Of a DNA stretch of 64,000 nucleotides, positions 48,593 to 59,081 are shown piece by piece. The notes under the pieces are model-generated. The model was not told the origin of the DNA and did no database searches. It saw nothing but the letters and a program-made list of their open reading frames with translations. Every line of letters starts with the position of its first letter. Within the stretch, counting starts at the first letter, position 1. The translations under genes were made by a program, and so were the position numbers. The DNA is taken from NCBI GenBank assembly GCA_016714785.1, contig JADKCC010000057.1, positions 9,938 to 73,937 of the forward strand. The letters run 5' to 3'. This DNA comes from Saprospiraceae bacterium (lineage in GTDB: Bacteria > Bacteroidota > Bacteroidia > Chitinophagales > Saprospiraceae).

Positions 48593-49036
48593 CTAAATAA
48601 TGATCTCTTCTTCTTGATAGTACGTCTTTTCCCCTCGTTTCCAGTCAATTTTAAGCTTCCATCTACCAGGTTTGATTTTATCTACCTTAAGCTTATACAC
48701 TGCTTCTTTGCCAAGATTAAAATCATATTTTACGTCAGAATACTCAGAATAAGGATTATAGAGTAAAACTTGACCAGAAGTAGTAGAAATGGAATCTATA
48801 GGAAAAATTATCACTACATCTTTTGATGCAATAATGTATTCTACTTTTACTTTGACAGCAAGATCTGAGGTGTTTTGTTTTTTATCATAATGGCTTTGAT
48901 AGTTGATATCTTCTTCATAATAATTTTCGACAACCAAGCTATCATGCACCTTTGTTGATTGGTACACTATGAAAATAAGTGTTCCGACAAATAAAATAAA
49001 GAATATGGTAAGGCCAGTTGCCCAATTAAATTTCAT
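48593..49036 (-). CDS. FixH-family protein (cbb3 oxidase maturation, CcoH-like position)
   Basis: 147 aa with an N-terminal TM segment (MKFNWATGLTIFFILFVGTLIFIVY) and YYEEDINYQ. It sits at the distal end of the cco cluster. Confidence 0.75.
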   Translation of the reverse strand: MKFNWATGLTIFFILFVGTLIFIVYQSTKVHDSLVVENYYEEDINYQSHYDKKQNTSDLAVKVKVEYIIASKDVVIIFPIDSISTTSGQVLLYNPYSEYSDVKYDFNLGKEAVYKLKVDKIKPGRWKLKIDWKRGEKTYYQEEEIII

Positions 49037-49212
49037 CTGTTTATTTTAAAAATTCCCACTAAAATAATCATCCCAGTTTGTGTACCACAAAGATGGACTC
49101 ATGATCATTTCATTTAATTTGTTAATGTTTTTAGTTAAAAAGCCTCCCGATCATCAGCCTTATGGCAAACTAACAATCAGAAGGCTTTACTTGTTCTTAA
49201 AGCTAAAACTTA

Positions 49213-50682
49213 CTATTTTATTGGCCCAAAGAAAGTTGTCTTGACTTTTGTGATCAACTTACCTTCTGAATAGACACCAATTACGATCTTGTTCTTTCCG
49301 CTTTCGAGCTTATCTTTCGGTATTTTGATGAAAATTGCACCTTCCGCTTTACTATTTTTACCAACCGCAGGTTTATTACCTCCAATTATTTCAAAAGTTC
49401 CAGCTTCAGGATCCAACATTTTGAATTCAACATTTAATGAATCGGCTGTTTTATTGATCATCTGAAAATTGTACAAATTACTTATTTTGCCATCTGCTTG
49501 TTCCTGCGCCAATAGCCCACCTGTTCTTAAAAATAGCACTTCTACATCTGATCTTAGGGAAAACAAAATTACTTCCACTGCTATCAAAATAAATAGAACT
49601 GCAGAATAAGCAATGGTTCTAGGTGTAAAAAATTTGTGTTCCCCCTTTTCTATACCATCTATACTATCTAACCTTATGAGGCCCTTTGGTCTTTCTACTT
49701 TTTCCATGACTTCATCGCAAGCATCCATACATGCCGTACAGTTGACACACTCAAGCTGAGTGCCATTCCTAATATCTATCCCAGTAGGACAAACATGGAT
49801 GCACAATTTACAATCGATACAGTCACCAAGTTTATTTTGGACTGATGCAAAATAGTCTTCTGCAACATCAGTTGTCGCAGCTAAAGGTTGCGCTATAGCT
49901 TTATTTTTTTGCATCTTCCCTCTTGGCTCACCACGCACAAAATCATACGCCACCACTAGCGATTTATTATCTAGCATCACACCTTGAAGTCGTCCATAAG
50001 GACATATTGTGGTACATACTTGCTCACGTAATCTTGCGAAAACAACATAAAATACAAACGAAAATATGATCATAGCAGCAAATCCACCTGCATGCAAAGC
50101 AATCGGTTCTTGTATAATCTTTACCACTTCGTCTAGACCTATGATATAAGCAAGAAATGTATTGGCAATGAGCACCGCAATAGCAAAGAAAATAATGTGT
50201 TTACTAACTCTTTTTATGATCTTATCTGTTGTCCATGGAGCAGCTTCCAATTTTTTTTGAGCATTGTAGTCTCCATCTATTGCGTATTCAATCCGTCGAT
50301 ATACCAATTCCATAAAAATGGTCTGCGGACATATCCATCCACAAAATAAACGACCAAATACTACTGTAAAAAGTATAATAAAAACTAAAAAAATCAACAT
50401 GCCTATGGCGAACAAGTAAAAATCTTGTGGCCCAAAGTGCATTCCAAACAATATAAAATTTCTTTCGAGAATATTTATTAAAACAAAAGGTTCGCCATTG
50501 ACCTTAATAAAGGGAAGGCCAAAGAGAATTATAAAATAAAGATAAGATAACCATATACGGTAATTTGTAAATTTTCCAGTTGGTTTTTTGGGATATACCC
50601 AGATACGTTTACCACTTTTATCAACTGTAGAAATCTTATCTCTAAACTGCTCGTCACCTGGAATATTTTGAATTGAAGACAT
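49213..50682 (-). CDS. ccoG: Cytochrome c oxidase accessory protein CcoG (4Fe-4S ferredoxin-type)
   Basis: 489 aa with TM helices and Cys clusters CGWICPQT, CPYGRLQG, CIDCKLCIHVCPTGIDIR and CVNCTACMDAC. Confidence 0.9.
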   Translation of the reverse strand: MSSIQNIPGDEQFRDKISTVDKSGKRIWVYPKKPTGKFTNYRIWLSYLYFIILFGLPFIKVNGEPFVLINILERNFILFGMHFGPQDFYLFAIGMLIFLVFIILFTVVFGRLFCGWICPQTIFMELVYRRIEYAIDGDYNAQKKLEAAPWTTDKIIKRVSKHIIFFAIAVLIANTFLAYIIGLDEVVKIIQEPIALHAGGFAAMIIFSFVFYVVFARLREQVCTTICPYGRLQGVMLDNKSLVVAYDFVRGEPRGKMQKNKAIAQPLAATTDVAEDYFASVQNKLGDCIDCKLCIHVCPTGIDIRNGTQLECVNCTACMDACDEVMEKVERPKGLIRLDSIDGIEKGEHKFFTPRTIAYSAVLFILIAVEVILFSLRSDVEVLFLRTGGLLAQEQADGKISNLYNFQMINKTADSLNVEFKMLDPEAGTFEIIGGNKPAVGKNSKAEGAIFIKIPKDKLESGKNKIVIGVYSEGKLITKVKTTFFGPIK

Positions 50683-50831
50683 TTTTTGATAAATTTTAAT
50701 ACAAAATTAAATCAATTTTTAATGATACTGTGTAACTATAGTATCATAGATTGAAATGTGCTAGAAAAAAGAAGGCAGGAACCAATGCTTTAAATGCTTC
50801 CTGCCTCCAATATTTTAATTGTAAAAGAATC

Positions 50832-51824
50832 TTACTTCTTAGTATCCGAAGCTGCTGGTGCACTTAAACTATCAACAGCAGGTGCTGCAGTTCCTACTTC
50901 TGTACTATCTTTGGTCGCTCCCGCGCTAGTTGGTTCATACAATTCGCCTTGTGGTGCTTTCGCATTTGGTGGATTTGTACCCTGTAATGTCAATATGTAA
51001 CTGGCTACTTTCTGCATAGCTGCTGGCCGAAGCTGTGTCTTCCAAGAGATCATACCCTTTTCAGGAACACCATACTTGATGGTAGTAAATATATCATTAA
51101 TGCTGCCACCATGTAACCAATATTTGTCGGTAAAATTAGGACCAACGGTTCCTTCACCATTAGCTCCATGACAAACCAAACAATTGGCTGTATATATTTC
51201 TTTACCTTCTGCAATATCAGCTTCTGCCAAAAGAACAGTCACTGTCTTCTCATCAATTGCATCTGCCTGAGTAGCCAAAAATTTTGCTTTTTCAGCTTCA
51301 CCCATTTCCATAGCAGCTATGTATTCCTGCTCTTGGTTAGGCCCTTTGTCCGATACATGATAATACCAAATATAAACAGCTGCCCAGATAATTGTTCCAT
51401 AGAACAACCAAACCCACCAAGGCGGCAAGGAATTGTCCAATTCTCTAATACCGTCGTAATCGTGTCCGAGGTCAATATCTGCTTCCTTGTCTTTAGGTAC
51501 CAAATTCCAAGCTTTGTCAGAAATAGTACTCCAAAGTGAGCCAGTAGATGTTAAGTTGGCCTTTTCTAAGCCTTCTACTCCATATTTTTCTAGAAGTTTC
51601 ATTTTCTGAACTTCTATCAATGCCCATATCAAACTTAAGCCAGCCATAATCACTCCGATAAGTACCAATACGGCTAAAATCAAAAGGATATTGTTATAAG
51701 CTAAACTAAAAATATTTGGCTCGACGGGCTGTGTTACTGCGACTTCATCCTGCGCATAAATACTGACAGCACCTACCAGAGTTGTTATATATATTATGAT
51801 GGTTAAAAAGAGCTTCTTCATCAT
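50832..51824 (-). CDS. ccoP: cbb3-type cytochrome c oxidase subunit III-like c-type cytochrome
   Basis: 330 aa. It has the CcoP N-terminal domain (HDYDGIRELDNSLPPWWVWLFYGTI). I see one CxxCH (CLVCHGANGEG). A low-complexity Ala/Pro/Ser/Thr-rich C-terminal tail follows. Confidence 0.85.
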   Translation of the reverse strand: MMKKLFLTIIIYITTLVGAVSIYAQDEVAVTQPVEPNIFSLAYNNILLILAVLVLIGVIMAGLSLIWALIEVQKMKLLEKYGVEGLEKANLTSTGSLWSTISDKAWNLVPKDKEADIDLGHDYDGIRELDNSLPPWWVWLFYGTIIWAAVYIWYYHVSDKGPNQEQEYIAAMEMGEAEKAKFLATQADAIDEKTVTVLLAEADIAEGKEIYTANCLVCHGANGEGTVGPNFTDKYWLHGGSINDIFTTIKYGVPEKGMISWKTQLRPAAMQKVASYILTLQGTNPPNAKAPQGELYEPTSAGATKDSTEVGTAAPAVDSLSAPAASDTKK

Positions 51825-51866
51825 TTTATTTTTATTTATTATTTAATTTAATATTATTGAAATCGT

Positions 51867-52031
51867 TCAGGCATCATCATCCAAAGGAAGATTTTCCATT
51901 CTCTTAATGACAGGATTGTTTTTCCTAAAAGCTAAAACTGCACTGATCGTAAATATGGTCATAAAAGTGAGCAATGCAAAGATGGCCATCCAGTTGAAAT
52001 TGCCTGCTCCTTCTAAAATATATTTTGCCAT
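51867..52031 (-). CDS. ccoQ: CcoQ/FixQ-like small membrane subunit (54 aa), not in ORF track
   Basis: ATG at 52031. It reads MAKYILEGAGNFNWMAIFALLTFMTIFTISAVLAFRKNNPVIKRMENLPLDDDA*. A single TM helix and its position between ccoNO and ccoP fit CcoQ. Confidence 0.6.
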   Translation of the reverse strand: MAKYILEGAGNFNWMAIFALLTFMTIFTISAVLAFRKNNPVIKRMENLPLDDDA

Positions 52032-52055
52032 GATTATTCTTTTTATGGTTATTGA

Positions 52056-54185
52056 TTATTTAGAAGGTTCTTTGATTTTAATATCAGTACCCAATCTTTG
52101 CAAATATGCAATTAGTGCCACAATCTCTTTGTTCTCTAGGTTTTCTTGAGTGATCTTGTCTTTAGCCAAACTTTCAGTTATCTTTTTAGCTTGTACCTTT
52201 AAGTCTTCAACTGCTTTATCCGCAAATCCATCAGGATATGGTGTGCCTAAAGATTGTAATACCTTAATTTTAGATGCAGTATAATTGGTATTCAGATCAT
52301 TTTTATGCAACCATGGGTATGGAGGCATAATAGAACCCGGTGCCATAGAAGTTGGGTCCATCATGTGATTGTAATGCCAGCTGTCAGGGTATTTTGCTCC
52401 AACTCTATGTAAATCTGGACCTGTACGTTTACTTCCCCACAAGAACGGTCTATCATAAATGAATTCACCAGATTTGGAGTATTCACCATATCTTTCAGTT
52501 TCTGATCTAAACGGTCTTACCATCTGTGAGTGACAATTCACACAACCTTCTCTGATGTAAAGGTCACGTCCTTCTAGTTCTAGTGGTGTATAAGGTTTAA
52601 CAGATGCAATCTTCGGCACATTATTATCGATCATCATCATTGGTATTATTTCTACCAATCCGCCTATCAACACTAAAACAGCACTCACTATCAACATTTG
52701 GATAGGTTTTCTTTCTATCCATTTGTGCCAATATTCATTATTGTGTGCTTCATAAGCTACCAATGCTGGTGCTGAAGCTTCTTGGTTGGCTATGAGTTTA
52801 CCACTTTGGATTGTCTTCACAAGGTTATAAATCATTACAATAACTCCACTAAAATAAATAGTACCACCAATGGCTCTGATAATATACATTGGTAAGATCT
52901 GAGTAACTGTTTCGAGGAAGTTTCCATACTGAAGGAATCCGTCTGGTGTAAACTGTTTCCACATCAAAGATTGTGTCCATCCAGCCCAATAAAGAGGAAT
53001 AGCATAAAATAAAATACCTAAAGTTCCTATCCAGAAGTGGGTATTAGCCAATTTAATCGAATACAACTTAGTACCAAATATACGTGGCAACAACCAGTAT
53101 AACATACCAAATGTCAACATACCATTCCAACCTAAAGCTCCAATGTGCACGTGACCTACGGTCCAGTCAGTATAGTGAGTGATTGCATTCAATGATTTGA
53201 CAGATAAAAGAGGACCCTCCAAAGTAGCCATACCATAGGCCGTAACAGCTACAACAAAAAACTTAAGAATAGGATCTGTTCTTACTTTGTCCCAAACACC
53301 TCTCAACGTCAATAGACCATTTAACATACCACCCCAAGACGGTGCGATCAACATAATGGAGAATACTGTACCCAATGATTGGGCCCAGTCAGGCAATGAT
53401 GTATATAATAAATGGTGAGGTCCAGCCCAAATATATATAAATATCAATGCCCAAAAGTGGATAATTGATAATTTATATGAATACACAGGTCTATTGGCTG
53501 CTTTCGGCATAAAATAATACATCAATCCTAAATATGGTGTCGTAAGGAAAAATGCTACTGCATTGTGACCATACCACCACTGAATCAAGGCATCTTGTAC
53601 ACCTGCAAAAGCATAAATACCATGACCCAAGCTTACAGGTATTTGTATATTATTGAATACGTGGAGCACAGTAACAGTAATCCAAGTAGCGATATAAAAC
53701 CATATTGCCACATAAAGGTGTTGTTCTCTTCTTTTCAGAATAGTACCAAACATGTTAATACCAAAAATGATCCAAACAACTGCAATTGCAAGGTCAATTG
53801 GCCAGATTAATTCTGCATATTCGTGACTACTTGTAAATCCTAATGGAAGAGTTACTGCTGCTGATAATATAATCAATTGCCAGCCCCAAAAGTGAAGATT
53901 GGAGAGTAAATCACTGAACATCCTTGTTTTCAATAGGCGTTGCAATGAATAATAAACTCCTGTAAAGATACCATTACCTACGAATGCGAAAATTACCGCA
54001 TTGGTATGCAAAGGTCTGATCCTTCCGTAAGTAGTCTCAGCTAAGCCGAGATTCATCACTGGAAAGGCCAGTTGAAGAGCAGCAAGAATACCTACTAACA
54101 TACCTATCACCCCAAATATAATGGATGCATAAGCAAAGTTCCGTACGATCTTGTTGTCATAACTAAATGTTTCTAAATTTGCCAT
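52056..54185 (-). CDS. ccoNO: cbb3-type cytochrome c oxidase, fused subunits I and II (CcoN-CcoO)
   Basis: 709 aa. The N-terminal roughly 470 aa form a heme-copper oxidase subunit I (12 TM; His ligand contexts WYGHNAV, GPHHL, VGHVH). The C-terminal part has a mono-heme CVNCHSQMVRP CcoO domain. Confidence 0.93.
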   Translation of the reverse strand: MANLETFSYDNKIVRNFAYASIIFGVIGMLVGILAALQLAFPVMNLGLAETTYGRIRPLHTNAVIFAFVGNGIFTGVYYSLQRLLKTRMFSDLLSNLHFWGWQLIILSAAVTLPLGFTSSHEYAELIWPIDLAIAVVWIIFGINMFGTILKRREQHLYVAIWFYIATWITVTVLHVFNNIQIPVSLGHGIYAFAGVQDALIQWWYGHNAVAFFLTTPYLGLMYYFMPKAANRPVYSYKLSIIHFWALIFIYIWAGPHHLLYTSLPDWAQSLGTVFSIMLIAPSWGGMLNGLLTLRGVWDKVRTDPILKFFVVAVTAYGMATLEGPLLSVKSLNAITHYTDWTVGHVHIGALGWNGMLTFGMLYWLLPRIFGTKLYSIKLANTHFWIGTLGILFYAIPLYWAGWTQSLMWKQFTPDGFLQYGNFLETVTQILPMYIIRAIGGTIYFSGVIVMIYNLVKTIQSGKLIANQEASAPALVAYEAHNNEYWHKWIERKPIQMLIVSAVLVLIGGLVEIIPMMMIDNNVPKIASVKPYTPLELEGRDLYIREGCVNCHSQMVRPFRSETERYGEYSKSGEFIYDRPFLWGSKRTGPDLHRVGAKYPDSWHYNHMMDPTSMAPGSIMPPYPWLHKNDLNTNYTASKIKVLQSLGTPYPDGFADKAVEDLKVQAKKITESLAKDKITQENLENKEIVALIAYLQRLGTDIKIKEPSK

Positions 54186-54206
54186 AAGTCAGATTTTAAA
54201 ATATAA

Positions 54207-54374
54207 TTAATTGGTTTTATCGTTATTGTTTATCATATCATCATCTAATAAGATTCTCACTCCTGGAGTATATTCATCATCATACTGACCATCTCTCACA
54301 GCCCAAAAAAAAGCTGCTAAAAATCCAAGTGCAACGACCAGACTAATGATAATTAAATAGAGGATAATATTCAT
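54207..54374 (-). CDS. ccoS: cbb3 oxidase maturation protein CcoS/FixS (55 aa), not in ORF track
   Basis: ATG at 54374. It reads MNIILYLIIISLVVALGFLAAFFWAVRDGQYDDEYTPGVRILLDDDMINNNDKTN*, which matches the CcoS pattern F.WA...GQ.DD...P..RIL.DD. Confidence 0.75.
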   Translation of the reverse strand: MNIILYLIIISLVVALGFLAAFFWAVRDGQYDDEYTPGVRILLDDDMINNNDKTN

Positions 54375-54710
54375 TTTTTACGAATTTGAGTGCAAAGTAG
54401 AAAGGAGTTAATCTAAAAAATATGATATTTATCACTATTGATGGTGATTTTTATTGGACCCTTCAAAATTTTATATAAAAAATTGACTATCATTATTTTA
54501 TGTATATTTGTTTATTAAAAATTACCAAAAATATTCTAAAAAATATTTTATAACTTTTCAAACTTTTACATTACTATGATAAAACAACTGATATCAGTCA
54601 CAACTAATTTCTATAAAATTGATTATTAATAAGGCAAATATAGAAAGTATTTTAAATATAATATATTAATTTGATACTGGTTTGATCAAAGTTTAATTCT
54701 TCTAATTTTA

Positions 54711-55484
54711 ATGACTCCACAACTCAATTATAAAATTCTTGGGCAAGGCTCGCCAATAATTATTCTTCATGGTTTATTCGGTATGTTAGACAATTGGATG
54801 AATATGGCCAAAAGACTGGAGGCGGAAGGATATATTGTAATACTGGTAGATCAAAGAGACCATGGTAGATCACCACATACAGATGAATTTTCTTACGCCT
54901 TGCTGGCTGAAGATCTATTTCACTTTATGGATGAAAACTGGATTCATAACTCAATCCTTATTGGTCATAGCATGGGAGGTAAAACTAGCCTTCAGTTTGT
55001 GTCAGAACACGAGTCAATGATCTCCAAGCTTTTGGTCATAGATATTGGCTTAAAAAAATACACAGGTGGTCATCAAGATGTATTTGATGCTCTTTTTGCT
55101 ATTGATATTAAAAATGTTCAAAATAGAGACGAAGTACAATCCATTTTGATGAAAAAATTGAATGATTTAGGGACGGTATTATTTTTGATGAAAAATCTTA
55201 CACGCAACAAAGTAGGTGGTTTTGAGTGGAAAATGAATTTACCCCTATTATATCAAAAATATCAAAATATTTTGTCTAATATTAGTTTTTCACACTCTTG
55301 TGAGACTGAAACTTTATTTATAAGAGGCGATAGGTCCAACTATATTTTGGACGATGACTGGTCTCAGATAACAGAAATACTTCCTAATGCCCAGCTTAAA
55401 ACTATTACTGATGCGGGTCATTGGGTTCATGTAGATCAACCTGATGAACTTTTTAATACAATTATTGATTTTATAAGAACATAA
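54711..55484 (+). CDS. Alpha/beta hydrolase (YbfF-like esterase)
   Basis: 257 aa with HGLFG, the nucleophile elbow GHSMGG and C-terminal DAGHWVH. Confidence 0.8.
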   Translation: MTPQLNYKILGQGSPIIILHGLFGMLDNWMNMAKRLEAEGYIVILVDQRDHGRSPHTDEFSYALLAEDLFHFMDENWIHNSILIGHSMGGKTSLQFVSEHESMISKLLVIDIGLKKYTGGHQDVFDALFAIDIKNVQNRDEVQSILMKKLNDLGTVLFLMKNLTRNKVGGFEWKMNLPLLYQKYQNILSNISFSHSCETETLFIRGDRSNYILDDDWSQITEILPNAQLKTITDAGHWVHVDQPDELFNTIIDFIRT

Positions 55485-55525
55485 AAGTCTAAACTTACCT
55501 TACTCATATATATATATTACAGAAA

Positions 55526-57160
55526 ATGACCAAAAAAGTAAAAATTCTTATCATATCTGTTGCAATGCTTTCGGGAATAGCAGCTGTCACCGTACACAAT
55601 GATAAACTATTTGAAATAAGCAAAAACTTAGAAATATTCATTAGTGTCTATAAAGAGTTGAATACAAATTTTGCGGACGACCTAGATCCATCTACATTAA
55701 TGCGCACAGCCATAGACGCAATGACTCATTCTTTGGATCCTTATACTAATTTTGTCTCAGAATCTCAGGTGGAGAGTTATTGGATCAATGAAGATGAAAA
55801 ATATCAAGGTATTGGTGCCAAGGTTAGTAAAATAGAAAACAAATTGCGAGTGATAGAGCCTTATGAAGGTGGACCAGCTCTAAAGGCAGGCATTAAAGCC
55901 GGTGATGAAATCATTTCTGTAGATGGTATCAATATAGAAGGTAAAAAGCTAGAGGAAATTAACGCCATCCTTAGAGGTATTCCAGGTACTACTGTAAAGT
56001 TAGGTATCAAACAGTCAGGAAAAGATATTACGGAAGATAAAACACTCACAAGAGGCGAAGTAAATATACCTAATGTGCCTTACTCAGGTTTTGTCTCTGA
56101 TGATGTGGGATATATTTCCCTAACAGTCTTTACACAAAATGCTGGCGCCAATATAACCAAAGCACTCAAAGATCTTAAGGCTCAAAATCCTAATATGGCT
56201 GGAGTTATTTTGGACCTAAGACAAAATGGTGGTGGTTTGCTACACGAAGCCGTAAATATTTGCAATATTTTCATACCAAATGGAGAAATAGTCGTAACTA
56301 CAAAATCTAAAGTAAAGGAGCGTGACCAAACTTTTAAGACATTGGCTCCACCTACTGATTTAGATATTCCACTGGCTATTTTAATAGATAAAAGGTCAGC
56401 ATCAGCATCAGAGATAGTTTCAGGTGTTATACAGGATTTGGACAGAGGCGTACTAATCGGTCAACGGTCATTTGGTAAAGGTCTAGTACAAAACACAAAA
56501 GACTTGCCTTACAATGCTAGATTAAAATTGACGACATCTAAGTATTACATACCTAGTGGTCGCTGCATCCAAGGTGTAGCGTATGAAAATGGTGAGCCTA
56601 AAGACATCCCAGATAGTCAAAGATCAAAATTCAAGACTAAAAATGGAAGAATCGTAATGGATGGCGGCGGCGTAGCTCCAGATATCAAACTGCCTGGCAA
56701 GAACATTTTGCCAGTAACCCAAGCATTGCTCGATCAATACGTAATCTTTGAGTATGCCAACAAATATTGTCAAGGTAAGGATAGCATTTCTAAGGTTGGT
56801 ATTTTTCAGTTTACCGATTATAATGACTTTCTGACGTTTGTAAAAAACCGCAATTTCAAATATGAATCTGAAGCCGAAAAGCATCTCTTAAAAGCTAAAG
56901 AAGCATTAGAAAAAACCAATGATAAAGAGTTGGGTAGTGAAATTGCCAAACTTCAGCAAAAAATAATATTGTCAAAAGCTGAAGAGTTACAAATGGCAAA
57001 AGAACAAATCATTGATGAGATAGAAAAAGAGATTATTACAAGATATTATTTTCAAAAAGGTAAGGTACAGCAAACTTTAGACGATGATGCTGAAGTAAAG
57101 GAAGCCATTTCTGTACTTAAAGACACTAATAAATATAAAAAATTGCTTTTAGGCAAATAA
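55526..57160 (+). CDS. S41-family C-terminal processing peptidase
   Basis: 544 aa. A PDZ domain is present (GIGAKVSKIENKLRVIEPYEGGPALKAGIKAGDEIISVDG). The S41 core reads LDLRQNGGG and SASASEIVSGVIQDLDRGVLIGQRSFGKGLVQ. Confidence 0.9.
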   Translation: MTKKVKILIISVAMLSGIAAVTVHNDKLFEISKNLEIFISVYKELNTNFADDLDPSTLMRTAIDAMTHSLDPYTNFVSESQVESYWINEDEKYQGIGAKVSKIENKLRVIEPYEGGPALKAGIKAGDEIISVDGINIEGKKLEEINAILRGIPGTTVKLGIKQSGKDITEDKTLTRGEVNIPNVPYSGFVSDDVGYISLTVFTQNAGANITKALKDLKAQNPNMAGVILDLRQNGGGLLHEAVNICNIFIPNGEIVVTTKSKVKERDQTFKTLAPPTDLDIPLAILIDKRSASASEIVSGVIQDLDRGVLIGQRSFGKGLVQNTKDLPYNARLKLTTSKYYIPSGRCIQGVAYENGEPKDIPDSQRSKFKTKNGRIVMDGGGVAPDIKLPGKNILPVTQALLDQYVIFEYANKYCQGKDSISKVGIFQFTDYNDFLTFVKNRNFKYESEAEKHLLKAKEALEKTNDKELGSEIAKLQQKIILSKAEELQMAKEQIIDEIEKEIITRYYFQKGKVQQTLDDDAEVKEAISVLKDTNKYKKLLLGK

Positions 57161-57170
57161 AATCAAAAGT

Positions 57171-57851
57171 ATGCCTTTGATTCTACAGATTGAGACATCT
57201 ACAGAGATTTGCTCAGTGGCCCTTAGTAAAAATGGTCAATTGCTCTATTCTGTGGAATCTGATGATCCTAATAGTCATACAGAAAAGTTAACCTTGCTCA
57301 TACAGACATGTATGGCTCAGACTGGTTATAGTTTTAAACAATTAGATGCCATCGCACTCAGTGATGGCCCTGGATCCTATACTTCATTGAGAATAGGTGC
57401 CGCTACTGCAAAAGGTATTTGTTATGCTATGGATATTCCCTTGCTCACTTTTAATAGTCTTACAATCCTTGCAAATGGAATAGACACACTATTAATAGGT
57501 AGTGATGATATCATATTACCAATGATTGATGCTCGACGTATGGAAGTCTATACCGCAGTGTATGACAAACAACTGAAGCAGCTTGAAGAAATTCAACCTT
57601 TAATATTAGATACGCAGTCATTTACAAACTATACTCAAATCAAGCACCTGTGTGGTAATGGAGCAGAAAAATTTATTACAAACTTTCCTGACGATCGGCT
57701 AAAATTGCACTTCCAAAGAACTTCTGCTACATTTATGACAGCACTTTCTTTTCAATCATTTCAAAATAAGGTGTTTTCTGATGTGGCTTACTTTACACCT
57801 GAATATTATAAAGGCCCTAATATCACAAAATCTACAAAAAAAATATTCTAG
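57171..57851 (+). CDS. tsaB: tRNA t6A37 biosynthesis protein TsaB
   Basis: 226 aa with ILQIETSTEICSVAL and DAIALSDGPGSYTSLRIGAATAKG. Confidence 0.9.
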   Translation: MPLILQIETSTEICSVALSKNGQLLYSVESDDPNSHTEKLTLLIQTCMAQTGYSFKQLDAIALSDGPGSYTSLRIGAATAKGICYAMDIPLLTFNSLTILANGIDTLLIGSDDIILPMIDARRMEVYTAVYDKQLKQLEEIQPLILDTQSFTNYTQIKHLCGNGAEKFITNFPDDRLKLHFQRTSATFMTALSFQSFQNKVFSDVAYFTPEYYKGPNITKSTKKIF

Positions 57852-57920
57852 TTTTCAGAACATTATTAGCACAATTATAGTTAATTATACATTGACATTA
57901 TTGTCATATAAAAAATAATT

Positions 57921-57928
57921 TAAATTTG
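57921..57928 (+). promoter_or_regulatory. -7 promoter box TAAATTTG
   Basis: TAnnTTTG match 77 nt upstream of the ATG at 58005. Confidence 0.35.
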
Positions 57929-58004
57929 TAGTCTCACAAAATATGAATTGGCAAGGTTATTGAATTATCCTACATGAATTCCGTGAACTAACAAATCATT
58001 TCGC

Positions 58005-58343
58005 ATGAGAAATAAGAAGAACGAAACCGTTACGTTAAAAAAGGGAGGCAAGGAAGTACAGCTTGATTATGCAGACCTTAGAAAGGCAGTTTTAGTATTG
58101 AGAGCAGTCAACCACAAACTCCGCCAAAGAATCATCGATCTTTTAGAAGATGGTGAGACCATGACAGTCACTGATATTTATATCAAACTGAGACTGGAAC
58201 AGTCAGTAGCTTCACAGCATCTTGCTATCTTGAGGAGAGCAGGTGTAGTAGCCACTGATAGGCAAGGTAAATTTATATACTACTCTTTAGACAAAGAGAG
58301 ATTAGGTCAAATTTCTACCTTGGTAGAAGACCTAACTAGTTAA
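58005..58343 (+). CDS. ArsR/SmtB-family winged-helix transcriptional regulator
   Basis: 112 aa. LRAVNHKLRQRIIDLLEDGETMTVTDIYIKLRLEQSVASQHLAILRRAGVVATDRQGKFIYYSL is a typical ArsR HTH and wing. No metal-binding Cys is visible. Confidence 0.8.
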   Translation: MRNKKNETVTLKKGGKEVQLDYADLRKAVLVLRAVNHKLRQRIIDLLEDGETMTVTDIYIKLRLEQSVASQHLAILRRAGVVATDRQGKFIYYSLDKERLGQISTLVEDLTS

Positions 58344-58555
58344 TAAGTTACTTTCAGTCAACTATTATTAATTAATGATCATCAACAATTTATGATGTAA
58401 ATTTTTTACCTTTTATCATCGTTTTGAGTGTATTTTAAGTCCTGAGACACTTTTTTTATTATAAATTAAATATTTTTTATATATTTTCTTTGTCATATTA
58501 AAATATCTCATCATATTTGTGCCAAGGTCTTAAAAACAAAAATAAGGAACACAAA

Positions 58556-58864
58556 ATGAGAGGTACAAAAGTCACTTTTGAAACCGGCAAATTAAATTAT
58601 TCGTCGGAGTTGATGAGAGCGTTAGCTCACCCATTAAGATTAAAGATTTTGGAATTTATTGATGAACACAAATCCATCAATGTTAACAAAATTTATAGTA
58701 ATCTTGATCTAGAACAAAGTATTACATCGCAACATCTGAAAATACTCAGAATGTCTGGTGTACTTACGGTAGAAGTTACCGGAAAATTTCACATCTATCA
58801 AATCAATTATGATGTGGTCAACAAAGCAAGTTTTGCAGTCAATAGATTTGTAGGCAAAGCATAA
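58556..58864 (+). CDS. ArsR/SmtB-family winged-helix transcriptional regulator (paralog)
   Basis: MRALAHPLRLKILEFIDEHKSINVNKIYSNLDLEQSITSQHLKILRMSGVLTVEVTGKFHIYQI has the same architecture as the upstream gene. The start is trimmed to the Met at 58556. Confidence 0.8.
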   Translation: MRGTKVTFETGKLNYSSELMRALAHPLRLKILEFIDEHKSINVNKIYSNLDLEQSITSQHLKILRMSGVLTVEVTGKFHIYQINYDVVNKASFAVNRFVGKA

Positions 58865-58895
58865 GTAAGCACAAGCTTTCAACCAAAAATAAATC

Positions 58896-58930
58896 AGCAG
58901 TCGTAATTTTCGGATTACGCCTGCTTTTTT
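58896..58930 (+). terminator. Rho-independent terminator after the second ArsR gene
   Basis: AGCAGTCGTAAT-TTTCGG-ATTACGCCTGCT forms 11 of 12 stem pairs and is followed by TTTTT. Confidence 0.75.
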
Positions 58931-59081
58931 AGTTTCCCATCCTATAGATAAACCCAATATTTTAGTAAGACATCGCTCGAAGCTATGCCAACTAGTTTAT
59001 ATTTAAAAATTACTTAATGTATATCATCTTTTTTATGTGATTATTAGGTTGATAAATGGAAAGTAAGTATTTTTGTGCTGT

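Noticed and set aside
49037-49212. Possible long hairpin terminator between ccoG and fixH
   Set aside because: AGCCT and AGGCT arms followed by a T run exist on the minus strand. However, the stem is interrupted and the loop is long, so I could not define a convincing structure by eye.
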